This document shows, piece after piece, positions 53,065 through 64,000 of a DNA stretch of 64,000 nucleotides (position 1 is its first letter; each line of letters opens with the position of its first letter). A model generated the notes under the pieces. The model saw only the letters and a list, made by a program, of their open reading frames with translations. It did no database searches and was not told the DNA's origin. Position numbers and translations under genes: made by a program. The DNA comes from Microbotryum violaceum (taxonomy: Eukaryota). Location of the stretch: positions 1,364,001 through 1,428,000 of the forward strand of contig CDLV01000007.1 of NCBI GenBank assembly GCA_001244265.2, written 5' to 3'.

Positions 53065-54610
53065 TCGAGGTGTCAGGCCTCTTTGCGCACTTTCGAGCTG
53101 TCAGGTTCATCTTTGTGTCTGAAGTATACCATGTCTGAATGGTACGGATTGACATACTGCCCCCAAAACGAGCATCTGTGTACTTGTAGCCCCTGTTTGA
53201 ATATCCTAGCGCACAAAGTCTCACCCCCCCCCGCGGGGTGTCGGACCGAGACGCCGAGCCATCATTTCTTTCTTGAGGTCCGCTGTTTGATCATCCACGA
53301 TCACCGACACTCGATTGCTATTCTCGGGAAGTTGGATTTGAAACGGAGAGTCTCACTGATTCTTCTCAGGGGAGAAACCTAGCATGACTGCGTAAGGATC
53401 CGGATGCGAAAGAGGCTTGGATGCGCAAGTCGTCAGCGCAAATCAAATTTTTCAGCCCCCTGACCCCGAGCATTTCTGTAGAAACACCTTGATCACAATC
53501 GTTCAACGCGCCGTTCCTAGACCACGACTTACGGTTCAGGTCGTACGGCACAGAGTCGGAATCATCGCTGCGGTGGAGTGAGACGCCGAGCTCGAGTAGA
53601 CAAATCGATCACACTCGGGGATGCAGCGTGGGGATGCAGCGTGGGGTGAAAGGTGGGGTGGGGTTTTGAGACTTTCCAGGGACAAGAGAGCTCCTGAAAC
53701 TCGGGTAAAATACATAGCACGGACAGGGCAAGAATGGCCGGCTTGTCTTGCAATGGCGCCGGTCCGATTCGACTCTTCCAATTCTCCCGAGCTGCTGTCC
53801 TGTAGGTCGACACGGTTTGATCATGTGATCAACTACTGCCACCTCTTTCCAACTTGAGTTGTCGATGATGATGGCATACTGTTGACGTCATCGCCGCGAA
53901 GCCGAGCCGAGTCCGCCCGGCTGACCGTAAGTCCGTGTACATGATGCCTACTACGGGCGGACCTTGAAACTATAAGTCTTGAGCCACGTGCGGCGCCACA
54001 ATGACTAAGATTGGTTTACGGAACAGGCGCGCGTCATTTCCGTCAGGGGCTACGGGAGCACCGCCCGGGCGGTGGATGTGATTGCGGGCCGTACGGGGTA
54101 TGGGGATCGCTCGACGTACGGATTTCCATTGTAGGACGTCCCCCACGTATACAGCGTGAAACACCCCCCGCGTATATTACCAAACGGCGAGGTCTCGTGA
54201 CCACCGGCAAGTATAGCGTGAGCGAGAAAAGGTTCTCCTTTCCGGCCGCGCTCGGGCCAAACAGTCACCGGTCTGCGACACAGTCCGGGGTACAATGACC
54301 CTTCCTGTTCCCCCCCTTTTTGTCCTTCCTCTGCCCACATCCTACTCCACAATCCAGGACGACTGTTTTCCTTCAGCCTTGAAGTGACATCAAGCTTGCG
54401 ACACAGTTGTAATCGATCCGCTCCATTTCAGCTAACTTCGAGTCGACCGCATCTCAAACCGGTCGCTCCTCAGTCTCAGCTCGGCATCATCTTTCCCAAC
54501 CTCGCTCGCTCGATCAAGGTGCGATCTTGCGATCCACCTCCTAGCCCCGCCTCCTGACACTCCAAGCGCAATCCGACTTCGTTCCTACTCCACAACTCGA
54601 CTCCTTCGCG

Positions 54611-57319
54611 ATGGCTCCCGCTGTGATCTACCAGATCTCACCCATGGGCGTGGCCATGACGTGTTTTGCAGCGTTTGGTGGCTTCCTGTGAGCAGGTCCC
54701 TCTTCATCTCCTGACGGCACGACGGTTAGCGTGGCCACCGCACCGGCCTTGGGGGTGCGCGCTCGCTCAGCATTCGTCTTGAGCTCGGATATGCAGTCTG
54801 AATGCTGAAACTGACATGCACACCCTTCCTGAATTACGGGCCGCAGGTACGGCTACGACACCGGCAACATTTCCGGAGTTAAGTACGTCTTGGCCGTTTT
54901 GGCTTGGGGCGGAGCGGCGCGCTCAATTCTCATCTCGCGTGAACTGACGAGCTCGGACCCTCCTCACCACCATCTCCATAGAGCGATGCCATACTGGCTC
55001 ACCTTATTCGGTGACTTCCATCCCGAAAACTCTCCCGATCAACGCTTCGTCCTCTCGTCAGGTCACGACTCGCTCATCACCTCGATTCTCTCCGCTGGGT
55101 ACGCTGACTGTGCCTCCTGTCTTGGGGTGAGACTTCTTGAACATAACTGAGCTAGGTCTCGCATCGTTTCCCTCAGAACGTTCGTCGGTAAGCATACAAT
55201 CTTCGCTTCGTGATCCCTTGCCCGAAGGCTAACACGTGCTCGGCTGCTCGTTAGGGGCTTTGGGTGCGTTTCCCGTCGGTGATCGATTGGGGAGGCGTTG
55301 GGTAAATCCATCTAGCTTCTATGGGGTAATCACAACTCCTGAAGCAGTTCTTTTCCTATCTTTGTCACAGGGCATTATTGCGTACTTGGCGCTATTTTGC
55401 ATCGGCGTGGCTTTGCAAACGGGTGGCAAATCACTCACCCCTTTCGTCATCGGTCGTGTTTTCGCGGTCAGTTGTTCTGCTTCCGTGATTGCTTTTTAAG
55501 GGGGTGTCAACTGATCGCCACATGGATCCTCCTCGATACAGGGTCTTGGAGTCGTGAGTTGACAGTCATCGAACGATGCGCATGGCACTCACCCACTGAA
55601 CGAACGCTTTTCATCGCATCCCGTCGACAGGGCGGAACGTCCTGTCTGGTTCCCATGTACCAGAGCGAGTGCGCTCCCAAGTCAATCCGAGGCGCCATCG
55701 TTGCCGCGTATCAGCTGATGATCACCGTCGGCCTACTGGTTGTAAGCTTCGCTCGCTTGATCGTTAAAATCTGACTTCGCTTGCTAAGAAGGAAAGTGAT
55801 CTTTGCTAGGCTGCATGCATCGTCTACGGAACCAAGGATATCGCTTCTGCCGCCTGCTACCAGATCCCGATCGGCTTGCAGTTCATCTGGGCCGCCGTGC
55901 TCGGTGTCGGCTTGTTGTTCCTCCCCGAGTCCCCACGTTGGCTTTTGGCGCAGGGCCACAACGAGCGCGCGCAGCGCGCACTGTCGAGGATCCTTTCCGC
56001 CCCTGTCGATTCGGCTCAAGTTCACGAGGAATACGCGGAGATCGCCGCCAACCTTCATCACGAACGAGCGCTTGGATCTGCAAGTAAGTGAGAGATTTCC
56101 GCCCTGCCTGGAATCATCCTGGAACTAAATATTTGAACCTCGTGCCAGGCTACCTGGACACGTTCCGATCCGGTCCCGGCAAGAACGCGCTGCGCACCTG
56201 GACAGGTATCGGCCTCCAAGCTCTCCAGCAGCTTACCGGTATCAACTGTGAGCTTCTTCTCATTTGACTCTCTTGTGTTATAAAGCCATGCACGCTGATT
56301 CTTGGACTGCCGATCGTCGCTTCACTAAGTCATCTTCTACTACGGAACTACCTTCTTCCAGAATGCGGGAATTACGAACCCCTTTCTGATCACCGTCGCC
56401 ACCAATGTGTAAGCTTCATTATGTCGCCTCGGGGAAATGACAAAATGAATGAACACAACATTTTTGTTATCAGTGTCAATGTTTGCATGACGGTTCCCGG
56501 CATGTGGGCAGTCGATCGTGCTGGACGTCGTCCCTTGCTCTTGATTGGTGCTGCGGGCATGCTCGTTTCTCAATTCATCGTCGCCGCGGTCGGAGACGCC
56601 GTCGCAACGACCAACTTGGCCGGACAACATGTTCTCATCGCATTCGTATGCATTTTCATCGCCTTCTTCGCTGCGACTTGGGGTCCTCTGGCCTGGGTCG
56701 TGACGAGTGAGATCTACCCCAACTCGATCCGCGCGAGATGCATGTCTCTGTCGACGGCTTCCAACTGGCTGCTCAACTTCGTGATTGTGAGTCGTTGCAG
56801 TTGTTGTTCTAGCCGTCACTTGGTTTCATAAGCTGACACAGTGCACCACCATAGGGTTACTCTACGCCTTACCTAGTTAACAAAGTTCCGGGCTCTGCGG
56901 GGCTGCAGTCGAACGTGTTCTGGATTTGGGGAGGATGTAAGTTTCATCTACAGAACGATCGGTGAGCGCAAGCTTTCGATGAAACTGAGCATATCGTATG
57001 AATCGATAGGCTGCGTACTGTGCTTCATTTTCACCTACTTCTACATCCCCGAAACCAAGGTGAGAGCACACAATAGATCTCACGCCAGTCCTAAGAAGGT
57101 TTGGCTGATCGCTTGTGCATACTTCCGTATCGGTCACAGGGTTTGTCTCTGGAGCAAGTCGACATTTTATACCGAAACAGCTCGATCGTCAACTCGAATG
57201 CGTTCCGCAAGCGTATCCTGGACGAGAATATGCACGACGAGGACAAGGATGCTTACCTCGCCGCCAAGGGCGAGAGCGGCAAGACGGAGCACATTGAAAA
57301 ACGTGACCTCGGACCTTAG
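54611..57319 (+). CDS. MFS sugar porter (hexose transporter), many introns
   Basis: AFGGFL|YGYDTG, DRLGRR, PMYQSECAPKSIRG, PESPRWL, QQLTGIN, DRAGRR, WGP.AW...SEIYP..IR and PETKGLSLEQVD. Confidence 0.95.
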
Positions 57320-59857
57320 GGTTGCGAAAAGGTCTTGGTCTTGGTACAGATATACTTTTATTATTTTGATGGCACCGTACCTGTAGTGCCCGTCTTTCCC
57401 ACTACCTGTCCTTCGCTTCTCGCTTCAATTCGTGCCCTCCGAAGGCACACTTTAATTGTCGGGTCTGATATTTCGTTCCTTCACTAGCAATCATTTACAT
57501 TTACCGGAAATCAATAACACGAGGCTTCACGCAGATTCCTTTGTATTTAATTTAATCGGTGCATCTTCCTTCACTGCCCATTCCGATGTGCCCGGAATTG
57601 GGGGGAGGGGGGGGGGCAAGACTCGATCGGATTTTCCTGTGTAAGTGACGTATGGATCGAGACGCCAGCGACGAAACGAGCACGAGGCTGACGGCTTGTT
57701 GGTGGCACGCTGGTACGGGTTCCCTGAACTGGTCCTCGCACAGGCGTGGGTTACCTTGATCTAGGCTGCAGATTGTCTCATTTATTCGCATGTGCCATGA
57801 GAGTTCCCTAGCAATTCTCCCGATTTTTAAAAACGCGGATATATGCTGGAAAACTGTAAACTGCTTTCTTTCCTTTACTTAAAGGAATTGAAATGAAAAA
57901 AAAGTCGGGCGTCATAGAAAGATGATGAAACAAGTGATTCTGGCTACGCCGTTGAGGCAACCAGACGCCACCGCCCTCTGTCATTCATATATGGTCATAT
58001 GGGTTGTTCCATCCTTCATCTGATTATCGTTCCTATTATGGTACTTGGGATTGAGCCTAGCGGCGTTTCATTCACTCCTTAGTCACTCAATCTCCCTACT
58101 TTACTAGTCTCTATTATCTTTCTTTATTATCTTTACGCTTCACTTTTTAGCCTTCCGCGAGTCTGTCTCTTAGTCTCTGGCCACTCTGTTCTCGTTCGTC
58201 CCTGTTCATTGGACTGGGTCGTGGTCATCATCAGATTCCACTTGAGAACATTTCTGCGACACCCTCCGATCCCCCTGATCCCCTACACCCCCACCAGGTG
58301 GGACGACCGTGCGATGAGGATCGTCGAGGCGATTTTCGGATGGAAAGACCGAGTCTACCAAATCGTCGCGACCTTTGTCGACAGTCGCTTCGTCTCCACC
58401 TCGAATTCACCCCCCAAGGACGACGATGCTGACGACGCAAACACCGGGCCACCCGCGAAAAGGGGCAAGGATATGGGCTCTTCACTCAAGTCCAGCGTCA
58501 AGAAGGCCGTTGTTGAGGCTGTCTGCGAAGCAAGACTCGCCAACTCGCCCGACGACGACGTTCGACTCCTTTCCGACCTAACCACACAAATCGTGAGTCT
58601 ACACGACAAGGCCGCAAAGCAGGTACAAAGGCGGTGGACCTCTATGATCTAGCGTCGGTGGCAACGTCTACATTCCAAGATACCGTGCACATCATCCGCC
58701 ACAGCTCGCCGACGTGATCCATCGTCTGCTCGGCAAGATGGGAACGCTCGTCAGGTGTGAGCATCCGCGGCGAGCTGTGGCGAATGAGTGACTAAGGAGT
58801 GAATGAAACGCCGCTAGGCTCAATCCCAAGTACCATAATAGGAACGATAATCAGATGAAGGATGGAACAACCCATATGACCATATATGAATGACAGAGGG
58901 CGGTGGCGTCTGGTTGCCTCAACGGCGTAGCCAGAATCACTTGTTTCATCATCTTTCTATGACGCCCGACTTTTTTTTCATTTCAATTCCTTTAAGTAAA
59001 GGAAAGAAAGCAGTTTACAGTTTTCCAGCATATATCCGCGTTTTTAAAAATCGGGAGAATTGCTAGGGAACTCTCATGGCACATGCGAATAAATGAGACA
59101 ATCTGCAGCCTAGATCAAGGTAACCCACGCCTGTGCGAGGACCAGTTCAGGGAACCCGTACCAGCGTGCCACCAACAAGCCGTCAGCCTCGTGCTCGTTT
59201 CGTCGCTGGCGTCTCGATCCATACGTCACTTACACAGGAAAATCCGATCGAGTCTTGCCCCCCCCCCTCCCCCCAATTCCGGGCACATCGGAATGGGCAG
59301 TGAAGGAAGATGCACCGATTAAATTAAATACAAAGGAATCTGCGTGAAGCCTCGTGTTATTGATTTCCGGTAAATGTAAATGATTGCTAGTGAAGGAACG
59401 AAATATCAGACCCGACAATTAAAGTGTGCCTTCGGAGGGCACGAATTGAAGCGAGAAGCGAAGGACAGGTAGTGGGAAAGACGGGCACTACAGGTACGGT
59501 GCCATCAAAATAATAAAAGTATATCTGTACCAAGACCAAGACCTTTTCGCAACCCTAAGGTCCGAGGTCACGTTTTTCAATGTGCTCCGTCTTGCCGCTC
59601 TCGCCCTTGGCGGCGAGGTAAGCATCCTTGTCCTCGTCGTGCATATTCTCGTCCAGGATACGCTTGCGGAACGCATTCGAGTTGACGATCGAGCTGTTTC
59701 GGTATAAAATGTCGACTTGCTCCAGAGACAAACCCTGTGACCGATACGGAAGTATGCACAAGCGATCAGCCAAACCTTCTTAGGACTGGCGTGAGATCTA
59801 TTGTGTGCTCTCACCTTGGTTTCGGGGATGTAGAAGTAGGTGAAAATGAAGCACAGT
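57017..59857. repeat. 1,073-bp inverted duplication (arms 57017-58089 and 58785-59857; spacer 695 bp)
   Basis: Mirror ORFs and junction reading; coordinates sum to 116874 throughout and no differences were noticed by eye. The right arm is flanked by GTGGCGAATG at 58777-58786 and 59856-59865. Confidence 0.97.
57979..58261. mobile_element. Solo LTR, TG...CA, 5-bp TSD CCCTC
   Basis: ccctc|TGTCA...CGACA|ccctc; same family as 44216-44492. A partial inverted copy lies at 58785-58895. Confidence 0.92.
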
Positions 59858-61272
59858 GGCGAATGGACCCAGTATCATCCAGCTGACGAACCGTGTTCGT
59901 CTTCACTTCCATCGCCGGAGCAGGACTGGGCTGGTCCGGATCGCATCGGAACCCGCTACAGGACCGATGAGGCACTCCGACAAGTCGTCCAGGACGGTGC
60001 CAACGACTCCATCATCATTGGCATCGACCTGGGCACGAAATGTCCTATGGCGGTTTCGGCTACCTTCTTTGACCGAAAAGAGGTCCAGATTCAAGACGAC
60101 GTCGTCGTCTACGCGGATGCGCTGGACAAGCCGTTGAGGAAGGCGCAGAGCCTCGTTCGGAAGCTCTCTGCTGAACTGGCCGGCAGCCTACGATTCGGTC
60201 ACGCCAAACCCCCCGGCCACGCAACGACCTCCCTCTTGAGGGACAACGCCCTGCCACCTCGGCCGCCACGCTCGACGGTCCTGCTTCAACCCCCTCCGAC
60301 TCGAGTACGACCGAGGGCAACGACGCCGACGCACGCACTCGCGCCCAGCTCGCTCGTGGATCTTCCTCTCGCCTCCTCGGCGAGCCGGATCGCCAGGCCT
60401 GGGCGGCCAAGACCAATCTCTTATCCAAGGCTTCGAGAAGACGCTTCGTCGAGCAGGTGATGGAGTGCCAGGTTTGAGAACGATGGGTTCGTCCTCCGTT
60501 TCACGCCGCAGGGAGTCTTTTCGAACAACTTGTTCAAGCCGGATGCTGATTGTCGTATGGAAGCTCGTGCTTCAACCTTTTTGCAGAGAGTTCCCGCGAT
60601 GACAAGTTGAAGCAAGCGGACTTGCGCAAGGTCAAGACCGCAGAGGTCCTCCAACGAAAGGACATCCTGTCGCCGCGCCAACGTCCGGTGCTGGTCTTCC
60701 TTGGCGAGGGAGGCTCGAGTCGTGGAACACAGAAGGCGACGTATAGGACGAATGTTCTTTGCCGAGACCTCGTTCAAGAGTTCAACAGATTGCAAGAGCG
60801 AGGATTCGTCGTGGAGATCGTCTCGGTCGACGAATACAAAATCTCCTCAGTCTGCAGCGACCCACCGGCCGCGACGAGGTGACAGGGGAGCGATCCCGGT
60901 AGGTCTCTTCAGACCATTCTCGCAGTCGTGAACGAGTACCAAGGCGCTGCCGGATATGCTAACGACAGGGACTAACTTTTCAAGAATGGCCGAGCCCACG
61001 GGGCCCAGCATAATAACCTGCGGGTCATGCTGTGCGAGAAAGAATGCCGTCCGCCCATCCATCGCGACATGCTGACTGTGGGCTTACAAGTCGCCGCGTT
61101 CCGACAACACCCCTTCAGGTACCCCAAGGCCGGGAAGGACGAGGGCAAGCAGGACGAGAAGGGGCAGCAAGGCCACGGCAAAGGCCAAAGGGAGCAAGCA
61201 GGGACAAGGAAAGGGCAGGGACAAGGAGCGCGAAGAGGAAGCGAGGGAAGGGGGAGTTGGAGAAGCCTATAA
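58262..61272 (+). pseudogene. Fanzor (eukaryotic TnpB-like RNA-guided RuvC nuclease), intron-containing, disrupted by frameshifts, a stop and insertions
   Basis: In order: IIIGIDLG (60011-60034, RuvC-I), basic helix KTNLLSKASRRRF, VLVFLGEG, GFVVEIVSVDEYKISSVC (RuvC-II E 60832), Cys finger ...LRVMLCEKEC and PIHRD (RuvC-III D 61066). The N-terminal part probably starts upstream of the solo LTR (about 57910). Confidence 0.78.
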
Positions 61273-61560
61273 GCCGAGTCTCCTGAGCAGTGAAAGTGTG
61301 CTTGCCATCATCGTGCCAGTCGAAAAGCAGAGGGTCGGGTCGGTGCCAGGAACGATGGGTGATGCGGTCAATATGTACAGCCTGCTATCCAATTCGTTCA
61401 GTCACCTTCAGAAACAACGGTCGGAGGAGGTCGACGCTATCCCCGAAAACCGTTTCGAGCGTCAACTGGTTAGAGTAGATTGGGATGCATCACCTTGTTT
61501 TCATCTGCAGTGCCAATCCTGCTCATATCGATCCAATCTTTCTTTTTCACTGGTGCATTC
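61273..61560 (+). ncRNA. Candidate Fanzor omegaRNA scaffold
   Basis: Lies directly 3' of the nuclease stop. Nested complementary segments: TGAGCAG 61284-90 / CTGCTCA 61519-25; GGTGATGC 61358-65 / GCATCACC 61487-94; hairpin GACGCT..CGAAA..TTTCG.AGCGTC 61433-63. Boundaries and function are inferred only. Confidence 0.35.
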
Positions 61561-62293
61561 AACTCCTTCCCAGTTTGCTGAGCGACTCGTCACACCAAAC
61601 CATTCACATATAAATGCACGGTACCGCTTTTTCGTCCCGCCCTTTCAGGACGAGCCGCTTTGGCGAATCTGACCTCCTCTCCCCAAACTCATACCGCCGG
61701 TGACTGGACGTGGCGAGGTAATCGAGTTATCGACCCAAGGGATCATCAAATGACACATTTTCAATCCTATGAGCCCATTCGATGGGTTCCTCATCCTCCT
61801 CCGGCTGCATTCAGCAAGCACTACACGCCAACGCTTCACTCTTGACGCTTGCAGCCCCTAACCCCCATTCGGTGCGAGTCGCCGTCGCTGGCAGCCGTCC
61901 GGACTCTTTCGATCCTGCGCACGTGTGCATACCTGTGCATGTTTGCGCACATCGGTGCATAAGCATGCTTATTCATTCCTCTCTCATCCAATTTCCACTC
62001 GACGGGGTGTGAGGATGGGCGACGGTCTCTGTGAGGTGATGGATGATATGGAGTTGGGGGACTTGCGGAAATTGCTGGCGAGATGGAGATGGTATGCAGC
62101 AACCACATTTACCTATACCGGTCGATCAACGACTCAGACTCTGACCCCTTTTGAAGTATGACTTCTTATTATGTTTCTATGCGTCGGGGCAAGCGGTGTG
62201 GCCCCGTGTGGGACATGTGCCATGGCCCATGGGGAAGAGCGACCGAACGCAGGAAGCACGCTCGAGTCCGAGCAACCTGAAAATACCCGATAA

Positions 62294-62560
62294 GGCCGGG
62301 GCTTAGCAGGACCCGGGAAAGCTCAGCCGAAGGTGCGTCTCGAAAAACCCGTTTTTAGGCCGATTTGTACACCGAATATCCCTATATAAGGGGTGTACGT
62401 ATTCCGGTGTAAGACCAGACTATCGGATTGTGTTGAAAATTTACTCTACCGTAAAAAATCACGTCATGTAGCATATCACAAGGCCTAATGGGGCCCGTAA
62501 AGTACAAATCTCCGAGACACACATTGGGCTGAGCTTTCCCGGGTCCTGGCTTAGCCCAGC
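62294..62560. mobile_element. MITE-like/foldback element with about 35-bp inverted repeats
   Basis: aggacccgggaaagctcagcc (62308-62328) and ggctgagctttcccgggtcct (62527-62547), with imperfect outward extension; non-coding interior. Confidence 0.5.
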
Positions 62561-63293
62561 TTAGCCTGAGTCAGCTGAGTTAGGACAAAAAAGCCCATGT
62601 CAGACGCCCATGTGAAATAAGGCCCTTTTCTGATTTTTTGTCCAGATTTTACACCCTCTTTTGGCCCCAGAATGGCGAATTTTCACATGTGCCTCGAAAC
62701 ATTATCAAAAGTCACTCGAAAGTCATTTAAGGCGGGCGTCGATTCGGCCGGTGTCGCGTGTGTCCGTCCAGGCATCAAATCCCAAATCCCATGTATTGAC
62801 CCCTTGAAATCTCGCGAGCGTATAACCGACACCGTCGTTTTCCTCTCGCCACGCAGAGTTCATCTACTATGCCTCGAGCGATGAAGTTTAGCGTAGTAAA
62901 CTGAAAGAGCCCTCCGGATCCCTGCCAATTCCCTGGGCGGCGGCGGACTGGTCTGGACTTCTGTTGGACGGCGCGGCGGCGTGGGGATCCCCAGTCTCGA
63001 CTCTCCTCTGTTGTCCTCTGTTCCTTCGCGCTTTGTGTCTCCTCTATAATCGCTCGACCGCCCAGTCCATCCTTGACCACTCCCTTCTCTTACATTCCCA
63101 CACTCTTTTACCTCTGATCGCACCAGTTTTCGGGCCTTCGGGAATCGTTCGTGCTTTCCAGTCCGACTCTCTGGCACCGCTACTCTCGCACGAACGATCG
63201 CTTGCTCCGTTCGTCGCCGGGCGCCGCGCCGAGCCCAGTCGGCTCCCTACCCTGTCCTATCGTCGAGCCAAAAGTCGAATACCCACTAAGCTG

Positions 63294-64000
63294 ATGGGAA
63301 AGAACAAATCCTTTTGGACACCGTTCCTGCTCACCGCGTTGTTGTGTGTGGCTATGCAGTCGCCCGTGGTCGAGGCCGATGTTGTCCCAGTCAGAGCTTC
63401 GGATGCGCACGCGCACGCGCAGTATCACGTGCAGTCTCGCGCCCCTGCACCGACGGGTTACTCTGCCTTAGTCGCTTTCGGTGCATCCTACGTCGGTAAG
63501 TACTACGGCGAAGCCCAGATCAAGTTTATCAATTGGTCGTCTCTGACTGTTGCCAATTTTGATGATCACCAGATAATGCCCACCCCCGAGCGGATGCATA
63601 CAAAAGCTCAATGAGAAATTACTACCCTTACTCCTCCGCGGGAGGTCGCTACTCGAACGGGCCGGTCGGAGTGGAGTACATGGTTGCTTCGGGCACCAGT
63701 CCCACACTCAAACAGTATGGGAAAAGTGCCGTGAAACTGTTTGATTGTCAGTTGGGAATTGGCATAAGCGGGAGAAGAAAATCTTGGCGCATGGCACGGA
63801 CCCTCATCTGGTTTCTCTGAATTGATTTGGCAGACGCCTATGGCGGCTCGGTCATTAGGAATGGATTGGGCGGAGCGTCCAGCTCTTATCCGGCAACAAG
63901 AGATCAGGTCAGTGTTGTGGCCGGCCGTGCACCATGAATGTGCATGCTCTGAAGTTTCCATATGGTCTCGTCTCACCCAGGTCGCCGCGTACATCACTGA
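63294..64000 (+). CDS. Secreted SGNH/GDSL-like hydrolase, paralog of 37360-39363, runs off the window
   Basis: Signal peptide, GYSALVAFGASYV|DNAH, GRYSNGPVGVEYMV and KLFD|YAYGGSVI; intron positions match the paralog. Confidence 0.85.

Noticed and set aside
53600-54560. Several CreA/Mig1-like SYGGRG sites upstream of the sugar transporter
   Set aside because: A short degenerate motif expected by chance in GC-rich DNA.
59488-59814. Second sugar transporter gene on the minus strand
   Set aside because: Only the duplicated 3' fragment within the inverted insertion.

Overview
Intron-rich eukaryotic DNA from a basidiomycete fungus. Gene style and transposon families suggest Pucciniomycotina/Microbotryomycetes, possibly Microbotryum-like; this is inference. 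Housekeeping genes: mitochondrial carnitine carrier, Med8, class I glutamine amidotransferase-like protein, malate synthase, M28 aminopeptidase, mitochondrial release factor, SAH1, Ure2p-like GST, Syn8 SNARE, MOSC protein and a sugar porter. These alternate with three transposon-rich islands. At 13-22.5 kb lie two Helitron copies and an internally deleted AcademH-like element, among two paralogous secreted-protein genes with different polycationic inserts. At 40.5-47 kb lie an L1-like LINE, a copia remnant, a solo LTR and a DUF6570/Helitron2-like remnant with an internal inversion. At 57.8-62.6 kb lies the most notable signal, a degraded, intron-containing Fanzor/TnpB-like RNA-guided nuclease gene. 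It has RuvC-like GIDLG, VDEY and HRD motifs plus a Cys finger, and is followed by a structured non-coding tract, a candidate omegaRNA. A solo LTR sits at its 5' end, and it is interrupted by a 1,073-bp inverted, templated copy of neighbouring DNA flanked by a 10-bp direct duplication. All gene models were spliced by eye; family names come from motif recognition, not database searches.
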